Assembly (NCBI GenBank): GCA_963736005.1
Contig: CAVTNB010000001.1
Coordinates: forward strand, 1,248,001-1,312,000
Direction of reading: 5' to 3'
Source: an uncultured Pseudomonadota bacterium
GTDB lineage: Bacteria > Vulcanimicrobiota > Vulcanimicrobiia > Eremiobacterales > Eremiobacteraceae
Length of the DNA stretch: 64,000 bases
Shown: in pieces, positions 48,032 to 58,274 of the stretch
Layout of the letters: each line of letters opens with the position of its first letter
Numbering within the stretch: position 1 is the stretch's first letter
Program-made: the position numbers and the translations under genes
The notes under the pieces: generated by a model
What the model was told of the DNA's origin: nothing
Databases searched by the model: none
Seen by the model: the letters and a program-made list of their open reading frames with translations, nothing else

Positions 48032-49132
48032 GCTCGACGCCGTGGACGCTGTGCGGACGTGGTCGTAGACCCGTGGCATACCGGAACCAAGCATCGTCAA
48101 CACGTTGTGTGGAATCGACTGCGCTGCAGCGGCAACCTCGTCGAGCCGTACGCCGGGAATGTCGCCGACGAGCAGAGCCTCCTGGCGCCAGTCAACGTCG
48201 GCATTGGGAGGCACCGCGACCATGGTGAAGTTCATACCGATCGCGCCAACGATTGGACAGCGCGCACCCGCCTGGATCGCAAAGCCTCGGCCCGCCAACG
48301 TCTTTGGAAGGCCTTCGCCGTAGCCGATTCGCAGCGTGGCGATGGTCTGACCCGGGATGGCAACATACGTTCCGCCATATCCCAGAGGCGTCGGCTCGGT
48401 GAACGTGCGCACGGCGTACACGGGTGCGCGCACCTCGCAGGCAGTTTGTAACCCTTCTGGCGCACGGTCGCTGCCTAGCCATGATCCATACAGACCAACG
48501 CCGACTCGCACGGCTCCTTCGTTGCAACCCCACAGCGAAGGACCGGTGCTTGCGGCATGCACTTCGGGAACGGCGAGCCCGGACGCGCGCAGCGCTGCGA
48601 TTGCAGTCCTGAAACGCTCCATTTGCGTGGCCATTGAATCTCGTCCAGCGATGTGCGTCCAAACGCCTTCCCACTCGATATTTTCCAAGCCCGCCACAGC
48701 CCGAGCAAAAGCGGCCGCATCGTCAGACGGAATCCCCCACCAGCCGGTACCCGTTTCAATGGCAACGTGGACGCAAGCTCGCACGCCCAACTTTTTTGCG
48801 AGCTTGGAAAGTTCGCCGGCGCGCTTGGAGTCCCCGACCGAAACTGCAACTCCGTCCTTAAGGGCACTTTCAAAGTCATCGCTTGGCGTCGCGGCGACAT
48901 GGACGATCGGCGCGTCGACGCCAGCCGCGCGCAATTCGCTGGCCTCGAAAATTTCGACCACGCAGAGCCGCTGCGCGCCCGCCTCGAGGGCTGCACGCGC
49001 TACCTGCACCATACCCATTCGATACGCGTCGCATTTGACCACGGCCCAGACGGGGCGGTCGCCCAAGAACGCGCGCCAGGTGCGGACGTTGTGGCGGATC
49101 GCATCGAGCTTGACGTGCAGTGACGGCCTCAA
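48020..49132 (-). CDS. alr: Alanine racemase
   Basis: AVVKCDAY PLP lysine, VRVGVGLYG, GYG, IGYGEG. Confidence 0.85.
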   Translation of the reverse strand: MRPSLHVKLDAIRHNVRTWRAFLGDRPVWAVVKCDAYRMGMVQVARAALEAGAQRLCVVEIFEASELRAAGVDAPIVHVAATPSDDFESALKDGVAVSVGDSKRAGELSKLAKKLGVRACVHVAIETGTGWWGIPSDDAAAFARAVAGLENIEWEGVWTHIAGRDSMATQMERFRTAIAALRASGLAVPEVHAASTGPSLWGCNEGAVRVGVGLYGSWLGSDRAPEGLQTACEVRAPVYAVRTFTEPTPLGYGGTYVAIPGQTIATLRIGYGEGLPKTLAGRGFAIQAGARCPIVGAIGMNFTMVAVPPNADVDWRQEALLVGDIPGVRLDEVAAAAQSIPHNVLTMLGSGMPRVYDHVRTASTASSSGE

Positions 49133-49578
49133 AACGTTTTCCTCGAATCCAGCAAAATGGTTACCGGACCTTCATTAACCAAACTGACCCTCATGCTCGC
49201 CCCAAAGATTCCCGTTTCCACCCGCAGTCCTTCTCTGCGCATGAGTTCGACCACACGATTGAAGAGGGGCTCCGCCGGCGAGCCTGCGGCTGCATCAACA
49301 AAGCTTGGGCGACGCCCCTTGCGAGCGTCGCCATACAGCGTAAACTGCGAAACGGCAAGCACGGCGCCGCCGACGTCTGCAAGCGAATGATTCATCGCGC
49401 CGGCGTCGTCATTGAAAATCCGCAGACCCGCGATCTTTGAAGCCATGACTTCGGCATCAGCGTCGCTATCATCGCGGGCGACGCCCACGAGCGCCAAAAA
49501 GCCAACCCCGATAGCACCGCTCAGCTTGCCCTCTACTTCGACTGAGGCGCTGCTGACCCGCTGGACGACTGCTCGCAC
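49129..49578 (-). CDS. dtd: D-aminoacyl-tRNA deacylase
   Basis: MRAVVQRV, SQFTL, NEGPVT. Confidence 0.96.
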   Translation of the reverse strand: MRAVVQRVSSASVEVEGKLSGAIGVGFLALVGVARDDSDADAEVMASKIAGLRIFNDDAGAMNHSLADVGGAVLAVSQFTLYGDARKGRRPSFVDAAAGSPAEPLFNRVVELMRREGLRVETGIFGASMRVSLVNEGPVTILLDSRKTF

Positions 49579-49583
49579 GATGG

Positions 49584-50018
49584 CTAGTGCAAATGCGGCG
49601 CGACAATGACCGGTATGGGCGCGCGATTAATAACATCGGTTGTGACGCTTCCCAGAATCGCTCGCGCCACCCAACCGCGTCCGCGACTGCCCATAACGAT
49701 GGCGTCGCAATGCCGCTTGTTGGCCTCATCCAGGATCCCGTCGACGGGAGCACCTGTCTGCAATACCTTGCCCACGCTGACCCCCGCGGCGGCCGCTCGT
49801 TGCGCCCCAGCATCCAAGACAGCGTGACCGGTCTTCATTTCATCTTCCATGATTTGTTCGCGCGCAAAGCCGCCACCATCGTGGATGGGGCGCGGTATGG
49901 CCAGAACGTGGCAGAGCGTGACCGACGCACCGCACGCTTTTGAAAGGGCCACAGCCAAGTCGACTGCAGCATTCGAAGGCTCCGAGCCATCAACCGGAAC
50001 GATGATGCTCTTAAACAT
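49584..50018 (-). CDS. Universal stress protein
   Basis: IIVPVDGSE, IVMGSRG...LGSVT. Confidence 0.92.
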   Translation of the reverse strand: MFKSIIVPVDGSEPSNAAVDLAVALSKACGASVTLCHVLAIPRPIHDGGGFAREQIMEDEMKTGHAVLDAGAQRAAAAGVSVGKVLQTGAPVDGILDEANKRHCDAIVMGSRGRGWVARAILGSVTTDVINRAPIPVIVAPHLH

Positions 50019-50034
50019 TATGTGGTGCGTCCTT

Positions 50035-52206
50035 CTAGCCGCCGGCGCGGGCTTCGCGCTTCGTCACCCGATAGGCAGTGCGCACGTCGCGCACACGGTT
50101 CACTTTGCCTAAAATTGCGCTCAGATGGTTGAGATCTCGAATCTGCAGGCTGCAGGCGATCGTGGCGGTCCGGTCGCGCTTGACGCGCGCCGTCACCGAC
50201 GTCGCATTCGTCTTTTGCTCGGAAAGCACGCTCATGATGTCCTGCAGGAGTCCCGGCCGGTCGAGTGCCTCGATTTCGACGTCGACCACGTGTGAGTCGG
50301 TCGGCGAGGTATCCCAGCTGACGTGAATGAGGCGTTCTGGCTGGACGCTCAAGCCGGCGACGTTCGGACAATTCACGCGGTGTACCGAGATGCCCTTACC
50401 TTGAGAAATGAACCCAACGATGGCGTCGCCGGGCACCGGGGTGCAACATCGCGCAAACCGAATCGGCACGTTATCCGCACCGCGCACACGGATGCCGGAA
50501 GCTGCGCGTTGCGCTGACTTGCGTACGGCCGCCGTTTGCCGTTCGAGCGGCAGCGGCACAACTTTTTCCCGCTTGGCTTCTTCGCGCAAACGGTTGACGA
50601 GCGATGCGACGGACACGTCGCCAAAACCAATGCCGGCATACAAATCGTCGAGGGAAGCGCAGTTAAAACGCGCCGCAAGCTTGGCGAGGAACTGCGGCGT
50701 CGCAACGCCGCCCAACTGATTGCGCGAAAGTTCGCGCTCGAAAACCTCGCGGCCCGAAGCCACGTTTTCTTCGCGACGATTCTTGCGAAACCACTGCTTG
50801 ATCTTGTGCTTGGCGCTCGACGTCTTACATATCGTCAACCAATCGAGTGACGGTCCGGCGCTGCTCTTGTTGACCAGCGCCTCGCAAATGTCGCCGTTGT
50901 GCAGTTGATAGTCGAGCGGCACGATCTTCCCGTTGATTTTTGCGCCGATGCAATGGTGCCCAATCGAGGTGTGCACGTGGTATGCAAAATCGAGCGGCGT
51001 CGACCCCGTGGGGAAACCCATGACGTCACCCTTGGGCGTGAAGACAAATACTTGAGTGTCGAAGAGGTCGAGCTTGAGGCTCTCCATGAACTCGCGGCTG
51101 TCACGCATGTCTTCTTGCCACTCGAGCAAAGAGCGCACCCAGGCAAGCTTTTGATCGAAGTCGTCGCTCGCGCCGCCTTCCTTGTAACGCCAGTGCGCGG
51201 CGATGCCGTACTCGCTCGTACGATGCATGTCGAGCGTTCGAATTTGAATCTCGATGGGATCGCCGCCCGGTCCAATCACGGTCGTGTGCAGCGATTGGTA
51301 ACCGTTGGTTTTCGGCATGGCGATGTAGTCTTTGAATCGCCCAGGCAATGGGGTCCACAGACTATGGATGATACCGACGGCGCCATAGCAATCTTTGACC
51401 GAGTCCACGATCACGCGAATGGCGCTCAAATCGTAGATCTCGGAGAAATCCTTGCCGTTTTGGAGTTTTTGGTAGATGGAGAAGAAGTGCTTTGGCCGAC
51501 CGGAGACATCGGCTCGAATATTCGCGGCTGCAAAACGTTTTTGCACCTCGTCGATGATGACTTGGACCGTTTTCTCACGATCGGCGCGCCGCTTGGCAAC
51601 TTTGTCAGCAATGTCGCGATAGGCTTGCGGGTCGATGTAGCGCAAAGCCAGATCTTCGAGATCCCACTTCATCTTGTAAATGCCGAGACGGTGGGCTAGG
51701 GGCGCGTAGATCTCGAGGGTTTCCTGCGCGATGTTCTTCTGCTTGGACGGGGGTAAACTTTGGAGCGTTCGCATGTTGTGCAGGCGGTCGGCAAGCTTGA
51801 TGATGATGACCCGGATATCTTTGGCCATCGCAAGGAACATTTTGCGCAAGTTCTCCACTTGCACGTCTTCCTTGCTTTGGTAGGGAATTTTGGTGAGTTT
51901 TGTGAGCGCATCTACGAGCGAGGCGATTGGGCTGCCGAAGCGGCGGCCAATGTCCTCGATTGGGACGGTCGTGTCTTCGACGACGTCGTGGAGCAGGCTC
52001 GCAGCAATGCTGTCGGTGTCAAGTTCGAGCTCGGCGAGGATGGATGCGACGGCGAGCGGGTGGGAGATGAAGCTGTCACCCGAGGCGCGGGTTTGTCCAT
52101 CGTGGGCGTGCTCCGCAAAGGAGTAGACGCTCTCCAGCCAAGCAGGATCGACCGCCGGCTGATAGCTCCGTACCTTTTCAAGCAGCTCGCTGAAGTTGTT
52201 TGCCAT
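50035..52206 (-). CDS. rel: Bifunctional (p)ppGpp synthetase/hydrolase (long RSH)
   Basis: LHDVVED, KLADRLHNMRT, GRPKH, NGYQSLHT, EIQIRT; TGS, ZFD and ACT domains. Confidence 0.96.
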   Translation of the reverse strand: MANNFSELLEKVRSYQPAVDPAWLESVYSFAEHAHDGQTRASGDSFISHPLAVASILAELELDTDSIAASLLHDVVEDTTVPIEDIGRRFGSPIASLVDALTKLTKIPYQSKEDVQVENLRKMFLAMAKDIRVIIIKLADRLHNMRTLQSLPPSKQKNIAQETLEIYAPLAHRLGIYKMKWDLEDLALRYIDPQAYRDIADKVAKRRADREKTVQVIIDEVQKRFAAANIRADVSGRPKHFFSIYQKLQNGKDFSEIYDLSAIRVIVDSVKDCYGAVGIIHSLWTPLPGRFKDYIAMPKTNGYQSLHTTVIGPGGDPIEIQIRTLDMHRTSEYGIAAHWRYKEGGASDDFDQKLAWVRSLLEWQEDMRDSREFMESLKLDLFDTQVFVFTPKGDVMGFPTGSTPLDFAYHVHTSIGHHCIGAKINGKIVPLDYQLHNGDICEALVNKSSAGPSLDWLTICKTSSAKHKIKQWFRKNRREENVASGREVFERELSRNQLGGVATPQFLAKLAARFNCASLDDLYAGIGFGDVSVASLVNRLREEAKREKVVPLPLERQTAAVRKSAQRAASGIRVRGADNVPIRFARCCTPVPGDAIVGFISQGKGISVHRVNCPNVAGLSVQPERLIHVSWDTSPTDSHVVDVEIEALDRPGLLQDIMSVLSEQKTNATSVTARVKRDRTATIACSLQIRDLNHLSAILGKVNRVRDVRTAYRVTKREARAGG

Positions 52207-52332
52207 CGTCCCACGTGACGCGGTGTCCCGCGTCCAGCCCTCTTGATGCTATTGTAAGGGTTCTACGCCCGATGCCACAAGCGTTCCCGCCAACTCTTTA
52301 GGGATCTGTGCTACGAGCAGTGGGCTACCGGG

Positions 52333-52402
52333 AGCGCACCTGAAGGTGCGCTGCTACATTGGCCGCGGCCTGGGGCGGGCAATTTTCCAAATCGCCCCTA
52401 CA
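52333..52402 (-). repeat. REP C and REP A pair downstream of apt
   Basis: AGCGCACCTGAAGGTGCGCTGCTACA (52333-52358) and GGGCAATTTTCCAAATCGCCCCTACA (52377-52402). Confidence 0.8.
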
Positions 52403-52403
52403 T

Positions 52404-52925
52404 TTAATAGGTGAGCAGCGTCCTGACCGGAGTCGATCCGAGTTTTGCTCTGCCAGCGAGATCCGCAAGTTCGATGAGGAACCCGGCGCCAACCACTTCG
52501 GCTCCCAGGCGCTCGATGAGCGTTTTTGTGGCCAATGCCGTTCCGCCGGTTGCAAGCAGATCGTCGACGATGATGACCCGATGGCCCTTGGAGAGAGCAT
52601 CGCTGTGAATTTCGAGCGAATTGGTGCCGTACTCAAGGGCATAGTCGGCTCTTAGTGTGGTCGACGGGAGCTTCCCCGGTTTGCGAACGGGAATCAGGCC
52701 GGCCCCGAGCTTGTATGCGAGGGGGGCGCCAATCACGTATCCTCTTGCTTCGATCGCGACCACGTAATCGATATCGTCACCGATGAATTCATCTGCCAGC
52801 AGGTCAACAGCTGATGAAAACCCGCGGGCATCCTTGAGCAGCGGCGTGATGTCGCGAAACAGGATTCCAGGTTTCGGGAAGTCAGGGATGGACCTGATGA
52901 GGGCCTGTAAATCGGCGCGCTTCAC
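52404..52925 (-). CDS. apt: Adenine phosphoribosyltransferase
   Basis: PDFPKPGILFRDIT, VRKPGKLP, LEYG, VDDLLATGGT. Confidence 0.96.
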   Translation of the reverse strand: MKRADLQALIRSIPDFPKPGILFRDITPLLKDARGFSSAVDLLADEFIGDDIDYVVAIEARGYVIGAPLAYKLGAGLIPVRKPGKLPSTTLRADYALEYGTNSLEIHSDALSKGHRVIIVDDLLATGGTALATKTLIERLGAEVVGAGFLIELADLAGRAKLGSTPVRTLLTY

Positions 52926-52980
52926 GTTCCTCCGCTTAGGTTAGAATCGACGCGTGCCCTGCCGTAGCTTGCTCTCCTTA

Positions 52981-53454
52981 TTACAATCCGTAGCGCATCA
53001 GCACCATACAGGTCAGTGCAAGAATGAACCCTACGACAGAGAGTCCCGACAAGAGGGTGATGCGCCGCAGGAGCTTGACCCGATCCTCCAGAGGAGCACG
53101 AGCGATGGAGGTGCCGACGCGCCCAGTGACTGCGCCAAGCACAGCTATGATGACCGCAAGGACAATCGCAATAAGCAGCGTCGCGCCATAGGCGGAGCCG
53201 CCAAAGAAAGTCCAGCTTCTCACCGGTCCGAAGACGGTGGCGTTGAGGAGCCCGAAAATGATCGTCAGAGCGCCCGCGGGAGCGAGAAAGCGCTGCGTCC
53301 TTTTGCCGATTTGCTCGCCGACTTGCACGGCCACGGACGGATCACACGATTGCAGCGCCGGGCTCACAACGACGAGCAGGAAGAGCGTGCCGCCAAACCA
53401 CGTGATCGCAAAAAAGACGTGCAACCACATAACAGTAAGCTGACCCCAGGGCAT
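52981..53454 (-). CDS. Four-TM membrane protein (DUF2269/CopD-like)
   Basis: WLHVFFAITWFGG; four hydrophobic helices; C-terminal MVLMRYGL. Confidence 0.7.
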   Translation of the reverse strand: MPWGQLTVMWLHVFFAITWFGGTLFLLVVVSPALQSCDPSVAVQVGEQIGKRTQRFLAPAGALTIIFGLLNATVFGPVRSWTFFGGSAYGATLLIAIVLAVIIAVLGAVTGRVGTSIARAPLEDRVKLLRRITLLSGLSVVGFILALTCMVLMRYGL

Positions 53455-53564
53455 GGGCCTTCGTTTTGCGATTTTGCGTGTGAGTCCTTGACGGTTCTTG
53501 GCCTTGACGCGGCGGCAGGTCGGTGGGAAATTGCTCGCCAGCCGGAGGTCGCAGAGTGGAACAG

Positions 53565-54830
53565 ATGGCTATCGATCGGATCGGAAACCCCAACGTCGTC
53601 TTCGGAATTTACCGAGACGGCGATAACAATCTCGATGCTGTGCAAGAACGCAATATTACGGATTTCATCAAAACCACCGCCACGAATTCATCGCTCAAAG
53701 TGGTTGCGGAGGACACAACCAGAGTTCCGCAGGCGCCCTTCATACGCGGTCAACTGCGCACGGAATGGTCGACCGTGCAAGACGGAACTCAACACATCAC
53801 GCGCATCACCGCGCCTGCCAACATGGCAGACCGCAAGGCGCTCGCGACGTTTGTCGAGCAAACGCTCGAGGCTCGAGCCACCGATCCAAAATTTCGTACG
53901 GCAGACGTGTGGCTCGATCTCGTCGACCACGGTGGCGGCGACGGCGGCGGGCTGCAGGCCGACAGCACTGGCGGATTCATGCCGTTGCAAGATATTGCGG
54001 GTGCCATCAGCGACGGCCGAGCAGCGTTCCGTAAGAAGTTTCCGGGGGCGGACGATTCGGTCACCGGGGTGCTCGCGAACCAGTGCCTTATGGCGACCAT
54101 TGGTTTTTGCGATACCCTCTCGCATAGCGGAGTGCGTTACCTCGCCGCTTCACCTGAAACGATGCTCGCGCCGGGCGTTCCCTCAGCCGCGTTCGCTAAC
54201 GCGCTCACGTCGGGAACGAAGTGGGCGCAAAATGCGGTTGACGTCACCATGCAGGCGCGATACGGCACTGGCAGCGATACATATCATCCGGCCGCAGCTT
54301 TTGACGTCTTCGATCTTGACGCAAAGAAAGTTGCGGCGGTGCGCTCGAGCGTCAGCGAGTTCAACCGGCAAGTCGCAGAACTGCCCAAGTCCGAAAGGGG
54401 AATTGACTGGATCCATGACATCCGCAGCGACCTTCGTTCGATACGAGGCATGGTGCGCTTCGATCATTCTGCGCAAATGCCGTGGCACGCAGACCGGCCA
54501 GGTATCGCGTCGTACGAGGCCGTTGCCGAGGATGTTCGGCTGCCCGAAGCGCTCAAAGAGGCGGCGAAGGCTGCCGCTGACGCTGTGGCTGCACTCGTGC
54601 TCGCGCACAAGGAATCCGGCAACTTCGGTCCGTTCCATTCGTCCTATGCGGATGCCGTGGGACCAACCGCGCATTTGCCGATCACGAAAGCGCTGTACGA
54701 CTCGTGGGCAGACCAAGGGGTCGTCGAGACTCACAACGACTTCTATGATGCCGTTCATGGCCGAGACTTCGCCAGGGCCATCGGCGCCTATAATGCGGTT
54801 GAGGATGCGGCTGGAGCTGCTGCTGCATAG
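53565..54830 (+). CDS. Clostripain-related cysteine peptidase (family C11)
   Basis: IYRDGDNNL, DHGGG (His), NQCLM (Cys), ASPE. Confidence 0.75.
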   Translation: MAIDRIGNPNVVFGIYRDGDNNLDAVQERNITDFIKTTATNSSLKVVAEDTTRVPQAPFIRGQLRTEWSTVQDGTQHITRITAPANMADRKALATFVEQTLEARATDPKFRTADVWLDLVDHGGGDGGGLQADSTGGFMPLQDIAGAISDGRAAFRKKFPGADDSVTGVLANQCLMATIGFCDTLSHSGVRYLAASPETMLAPGVPSAAFANALTSGTKWAQNAVDVTMQARYGTGSDTYHPAAAFDVFDLDAKKVAAVRSSVSEFNRQVAELPKSERGIDWIHDIRSDLRSIRGMVRFDHSAQMPWHADRPGIASYEAVAEDVRLPEALKEAAKAAADAVAALVLAHKESGNFGPFHSSYADAVGPTAHLPITKALYDSWADQGVVETHNDFYDAVHGRDFARAIGAYNAVEDAAGAAAA

Positions 54831-54833
54831 CCC

Positions 54834-55760
54834 CTAGGCATCGGGTTCGAGGTGAATGAGCACGTGGGCCCGAGGCAGCTCTTCCTTGATACTGGCAACG
54901 ATGACGTCAGAGAGATCGTGCGCGCGCTGGAGGGGCATATCCCCCGCCATCTGCAGGTGGAAGTCGATGAATTCCCCGCCGCCCGATCGGCGCGTGCGCA
55001 GTTTGTGATAGCCGGCAATGATGTTGCTGTGCCGCTCGATGATCTGCCGAATGAGGGTTTCTTGCTCGGGAGGGAGTCTGCCGTCCGTGAGATCCACAAA
55101 TGCGCTAGCGCTCACGTCATAAGCCGCTTTCACGATCAGCCCAGCAATCATGAGCGAGATGATGGCATCGATGAGCGTTACTCCAGTGATGCGAATTGCG
55201 ATCAGGCCAAGCGCGACACCGCCTGCCGTCCACACGTCGGCGCCAAGCTGCGCCGCTTCCGCCTGCAAGGCCGGGGACTGTTCGGCTCCCGCTGTGCGGG
55301 CTAAGACTCGCGACACCACGAGATTCACGGCTGCCGACACGAGCATAACTGCAATCCCGAAATCGAGATGGGTGATCGCCGCGGGAAGACGGATGTGCTT
55401 GATTGCCTCCACGACCACGCTAGCAGCCGTCGCAAGAATGAACAAGGCCTCGAGGGCCGCGCCGATGTTCTCGAACTTCCCATGACCGTACGCGTGGTCA
55501 GCGTCGGCGGGGCGCGTTGCGAGGCTGACGGAGATCAACTGGAATGTGGTGACAAACAGGTCGACGCCCGAGTGCAATGCTTCCGAGAGCACGGCAACAG
55601 AGCCGGAGAGCAGCCAGACTCCCAACTTGACCACCACGAGCAGCGCGTTGGAAATGAGAGGAGCGCGCAGCGCGCGAACGCGCGCCGCACCGGTCAGGCG
55701 AAGCGCCTCGTTATGGTTGCGGGTCCCCTGGGAGCTGCTCTTGGGAGCTGTCGCCGCCAT
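54834..55760 (-). CDS. Cation diffusion facilitator transporter
   Basis: SEALHSGVD, PADADHAYGHGKFE, HKLRTR, IHLEP. Confidence 0.92.
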   Translation of the reverse strand: MAATAPKSSSQGTRNHNEALRLTGAARVRALRAPLISNALLVVVKLGVWLLSGSVAVLSEALHSGVDLFVTTFQLISVSLATRPADADHAYGHGKFENIGAALEALFILATAASVVVEAIKHIRLPAAITHLDFGIAVMLVSAAVNLVVSRVLARTAGAEQSPALQAEAAQLGADVWTAGGVALGLIAIRITGVTLIDAIISLMIAGLIVKAAYDVSASAFVDLTDGRLPPEQETLIRQIIERHSNIIAGYHKLRTRRSGGGEFIDFHLQMAGDMPLQRAHDLSDVIVASIKEELPRAHVLIHLEPDA

Positions 55761-56952
55761 TTTCTTCTTTTAGTTCAGCTAGTAAACCAATGATTCCGCC
55801 GGGCTTTTGCTCCTGAGCCGGGGTGTCATCCGCCGTCGGCCGCTTCTTGCGATAACGGGCCGGCTGCGTTTGCGAAGCTTTGCGTTTGGGTGGAATCCTC
55901 TTGAAACCTTGCGATCCGCCACTCGTCGCTATCGAAGGGGCCACCCCCGCATTCGCGGTGCGCAGTTCGCGCGTGGTTGCGGCCGCTCGCACCGACGCGC
56001 GTTTGCGGTTCTCCCAGCTCTTCCACAGAACGAGCAGCGGGCTTGCGATGAAGATGGACGAGTACGCACCGCTCGTCACACCAACTAGCAGGGCAAAGGC
56101 GAAATTCTTGAGCGTGTCGCCGCCAAAGAAAAACAAGGCGAGCAACGTGATGAGAACGGTCGCAAGCGTGTTGACCGATCGGGTCATGGTTTGCAACAGC
56201 GACGTGTTCACCATCTGATCGTAGGGAAGATCGGGCATCAACCGCGTGTTTTCACGGATTCGATCGAAAATGACGATCGAGTCCATGACGGAATACCCGA
56301 TGACGGTCAGCAACGCGGCGAGAAAGGCATCGTCCGCTTTTCGGTTTGCGATCGCGTAGATGCCCACCATGACGAGCACATCGTGCACCAGGGCAATGTC
56401 CGCAATGATGCCGTATCGCAACTGGTTGCCAAAGCGAAACGCGATGTAGATGAGCTGCAGCGCGAGGGCGATGACCAGCGCCCACAGCGACCGGCTGAGG
56501 TATTCTTTACTCAGGCTCGGACCAACGGACGTGATCTGGCTCTGTCCGCGGTCTGCTTTGAGTCCGGCTTTATCGAGCGCGGTGTAGACGGGTCCAGGAT
56601 CGTTGATGGCGCTTTGCGTTGAGATGAGGACGCGGTCGTTGTGTGCGACGTCGCCGACTTTCGAGGCAAGCTGAATGTTCTCTTGAGCGGTTTGCAGGGG
56701 CGCATACTGCGAGCGGAACTCTGGGCCAATCGAGGAGAGGTCAACCGAACGCAAGGCGTCGCGAACGGCCGTTTCCGTGACGCTTTGACTAAACTTGACG
56801 TCGATCGTCGAGCCGCCCGTAAAGGAAAGACCTAAAGCCAAACCGTGGTGCAAGACGAGCGCGACGACACCCGCAATGATCACCGCGGCAGACAACGCAA
56901 ACCAGTAGTTGCGCTGCGCGATAATGTTCCATTTGAGTTTACGGAAAAACAC
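55711..56952 (-). CDS. secF: Protein translocase subunit SecF
   Basis: FTGG, VGPS, HDV, IGYSVMDSIVIFDRIRE, GAYSSIFIA. Confidence 0.94.
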   Translation of the reverse strand: MFFRKLKWNIIAQRNYWFALSAAVIIAGVVALVLHHGLALGLSFTGGSTIDVKFSQSVTETAVRDALRSVDLSSIGPEFRSQYAPLQTAQENIQLASKVGDVAHNDRVLISTQSAINDPGPVYTALDKAGLKADRGQSQITSVGPSLSKEYLSRSLWALVIALALQLIYIAFRFGNQLRYGIIADIALVHDVLVMVGIYAIANRKADDAFLAALLTVIGYSVMDSIVIFDRIRENTRLMPDLPYDQMVNTSLLQTMTRSVNTLATVLITLLALFFFGGDTLKNFAFALLVGVTSGAYSSIFIASPLLVLWKSWENRKRASVRAAATTRELRTANAGVAPSIATSGGSQGFKRIPPKRKASQTQPARYRKKRPTADDTPAQEQKPGGIIGLLAELKEENGGDSSQEQLPGDPQP

Positions 56953-56958
56953 CGGCGG

Positions 56959-58227
56959 CTACGCTCCGTACCACGCGGGCTGGGTAACCACGTCGTTGTC
57001 GACAACCGCGTCGACGAAAGCTCTGGTGACGTTCACCGCGGTCAGCAGTGAGAAGACGGTGCCCACAAGCAGCGTCAAGGCAAATCCTTTGACCGTCCCC
57101 GTGCCGAGCCAGTAGAGCACGAGGGCGCCCACGATCGTTGTGACGTGCGAATCAAAGACGGTCCAAAATGCTCGCTTGAAGCCCACGCCTACAGCTGCCC
57201 GGGTGGTGCGCCCGGCCCACAGCTCTTCTTTAATGCGTTCGAAAATAAGGACGTTTGCATCGACCGCCATACCGATCGACAGCACGAAGCCCGCAATGCC
57301 CGGCAGCGTCAGCGCGACGCCAAAGAGCGCGACGTAGGCAAGCATCAGGAAGCAGTACACGACCAACGCGACGTCAGCTAAGAAACCAGGGACTCGGTAG
57401 ACCACCAGCATGAACAGCAAGACAATGGCGAGTCCGACAAGCGATGCGACGAGCGATTTTTGAAGATCGATCGCACCGAGGGTCGGGCCCACGTTCTCTA
57501 TCTCGATAATCTTGGTCGGCACCTTCAACGAGCCGGCGGAAAGCTCGTTGGCCAGCCGCACCGCTGAATCGGTTGTGAAGTTGCCGTGAATCTCGCCTTG
57601 GCTACTGATCGCACCCTCGATGATCGGAGATTCGATGAGTTTTTTATCAAGAAAGATCGGCAAAGGATTGCCGATATTTTTGCTCGTCCAGTCGTAGAAT
57701 TTTTTCGATCCGGCTGAGTTGAGGGTAAAGTGCACGGCGGGCTGACCGGCCGAGTCGGTTCCGGCTGTGGCACTCGACATGTCTGACCCGGTGATGACCG
57801 GCGGACCTGAGGCTTTGTACGCGTCGAACTTCGGATCGCTTTGTGCCCGCGCGACTTGTTCTTTGGTCAACGGGCGCATCTCAAGGACTGCCGCCTCGCG
57901 AATCAGCGCGATGGCCTGCTCGGGATCTTTGAGCCCCGGCACTTCAATGTTGATGCGATCGGTTCCAACTTTGGAAAACGAGAGCTCGCTGACGCCCAAG
58001 CCATTGAGCCTCGTTTGAAGCACCTGCAGCTCTTCGTCTTGCAAGCCTGCGGTGATCGTGGGATTGTCAGGCGTCGGTTCGAGCTCGACCAGCGCTCGCA
58101 AGCCGCCCTGCAAATCCAGTCCCAAATGGATCGAACTCTTCAGGGGCGTAAAGGCAATCGCGCATAAGACACACAGCACAACGATAGCCGTGAGCTTGAT
58201 AAGATGCTTCCAGCGAAACCAAAACAT
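56959..58227 (-). CDS. secD: Protein translocase subunit SecD
   Basis: LGLDLQGG, VGPTLG, GMAVDANVLIFERIKEE, GTGTVKGFA. Confidence 0.95.
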   Translation of the reverse strand: MFWFRWKHLIKLTAIVVLCVLCAIAFTPLKSSIHLGLDLQGGLRALVELEPTPDNPTITAGLQDEELQVLQTRLNGLGVSELSFSKVGTDRINIEVPGLKDPEQAIALIREAAVLEMRPLTKEQVARAQSDPKFDAYKASGPPVITGSDMSSATAGTDSAGQPAVHFTLNSAGSKKFYDWTSKNIGNPLPIFLDKKLIESPIIEGAISSQGEIHGNFTTDSAVRLANELSAGSLKVPTKIIEIENVGPTLGAIDLQKSLVASLVGLAIVLLFMLVVYRVPGFLADVALVVYCFLMLAYVALFGVALTLPGIAGFVLSIGMAVDANVLIFERIKEELWAGRTTRAAVGVGFKRAFWTVFDSHVTTIVGALVLYWLGTGTVKGFALTLLVGTVFSLLTAVNVTRAFVDAVVDNDVVTQPAWYGA

Positions 58228-58274
58228 GGAGGCGGCACTTTCGCGCTGGAGGCGCTGCAACCCTTATCCAAGGC

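Noticed and set aside
52954..54837. 627-aa ORF, and other long alternative-frame ORFs such as 44560-45654, 36261-37325 and 1846-2823
   Set aside because: Shadow ORFs overlapping well-supported genes, as expected in GC-rich DNA
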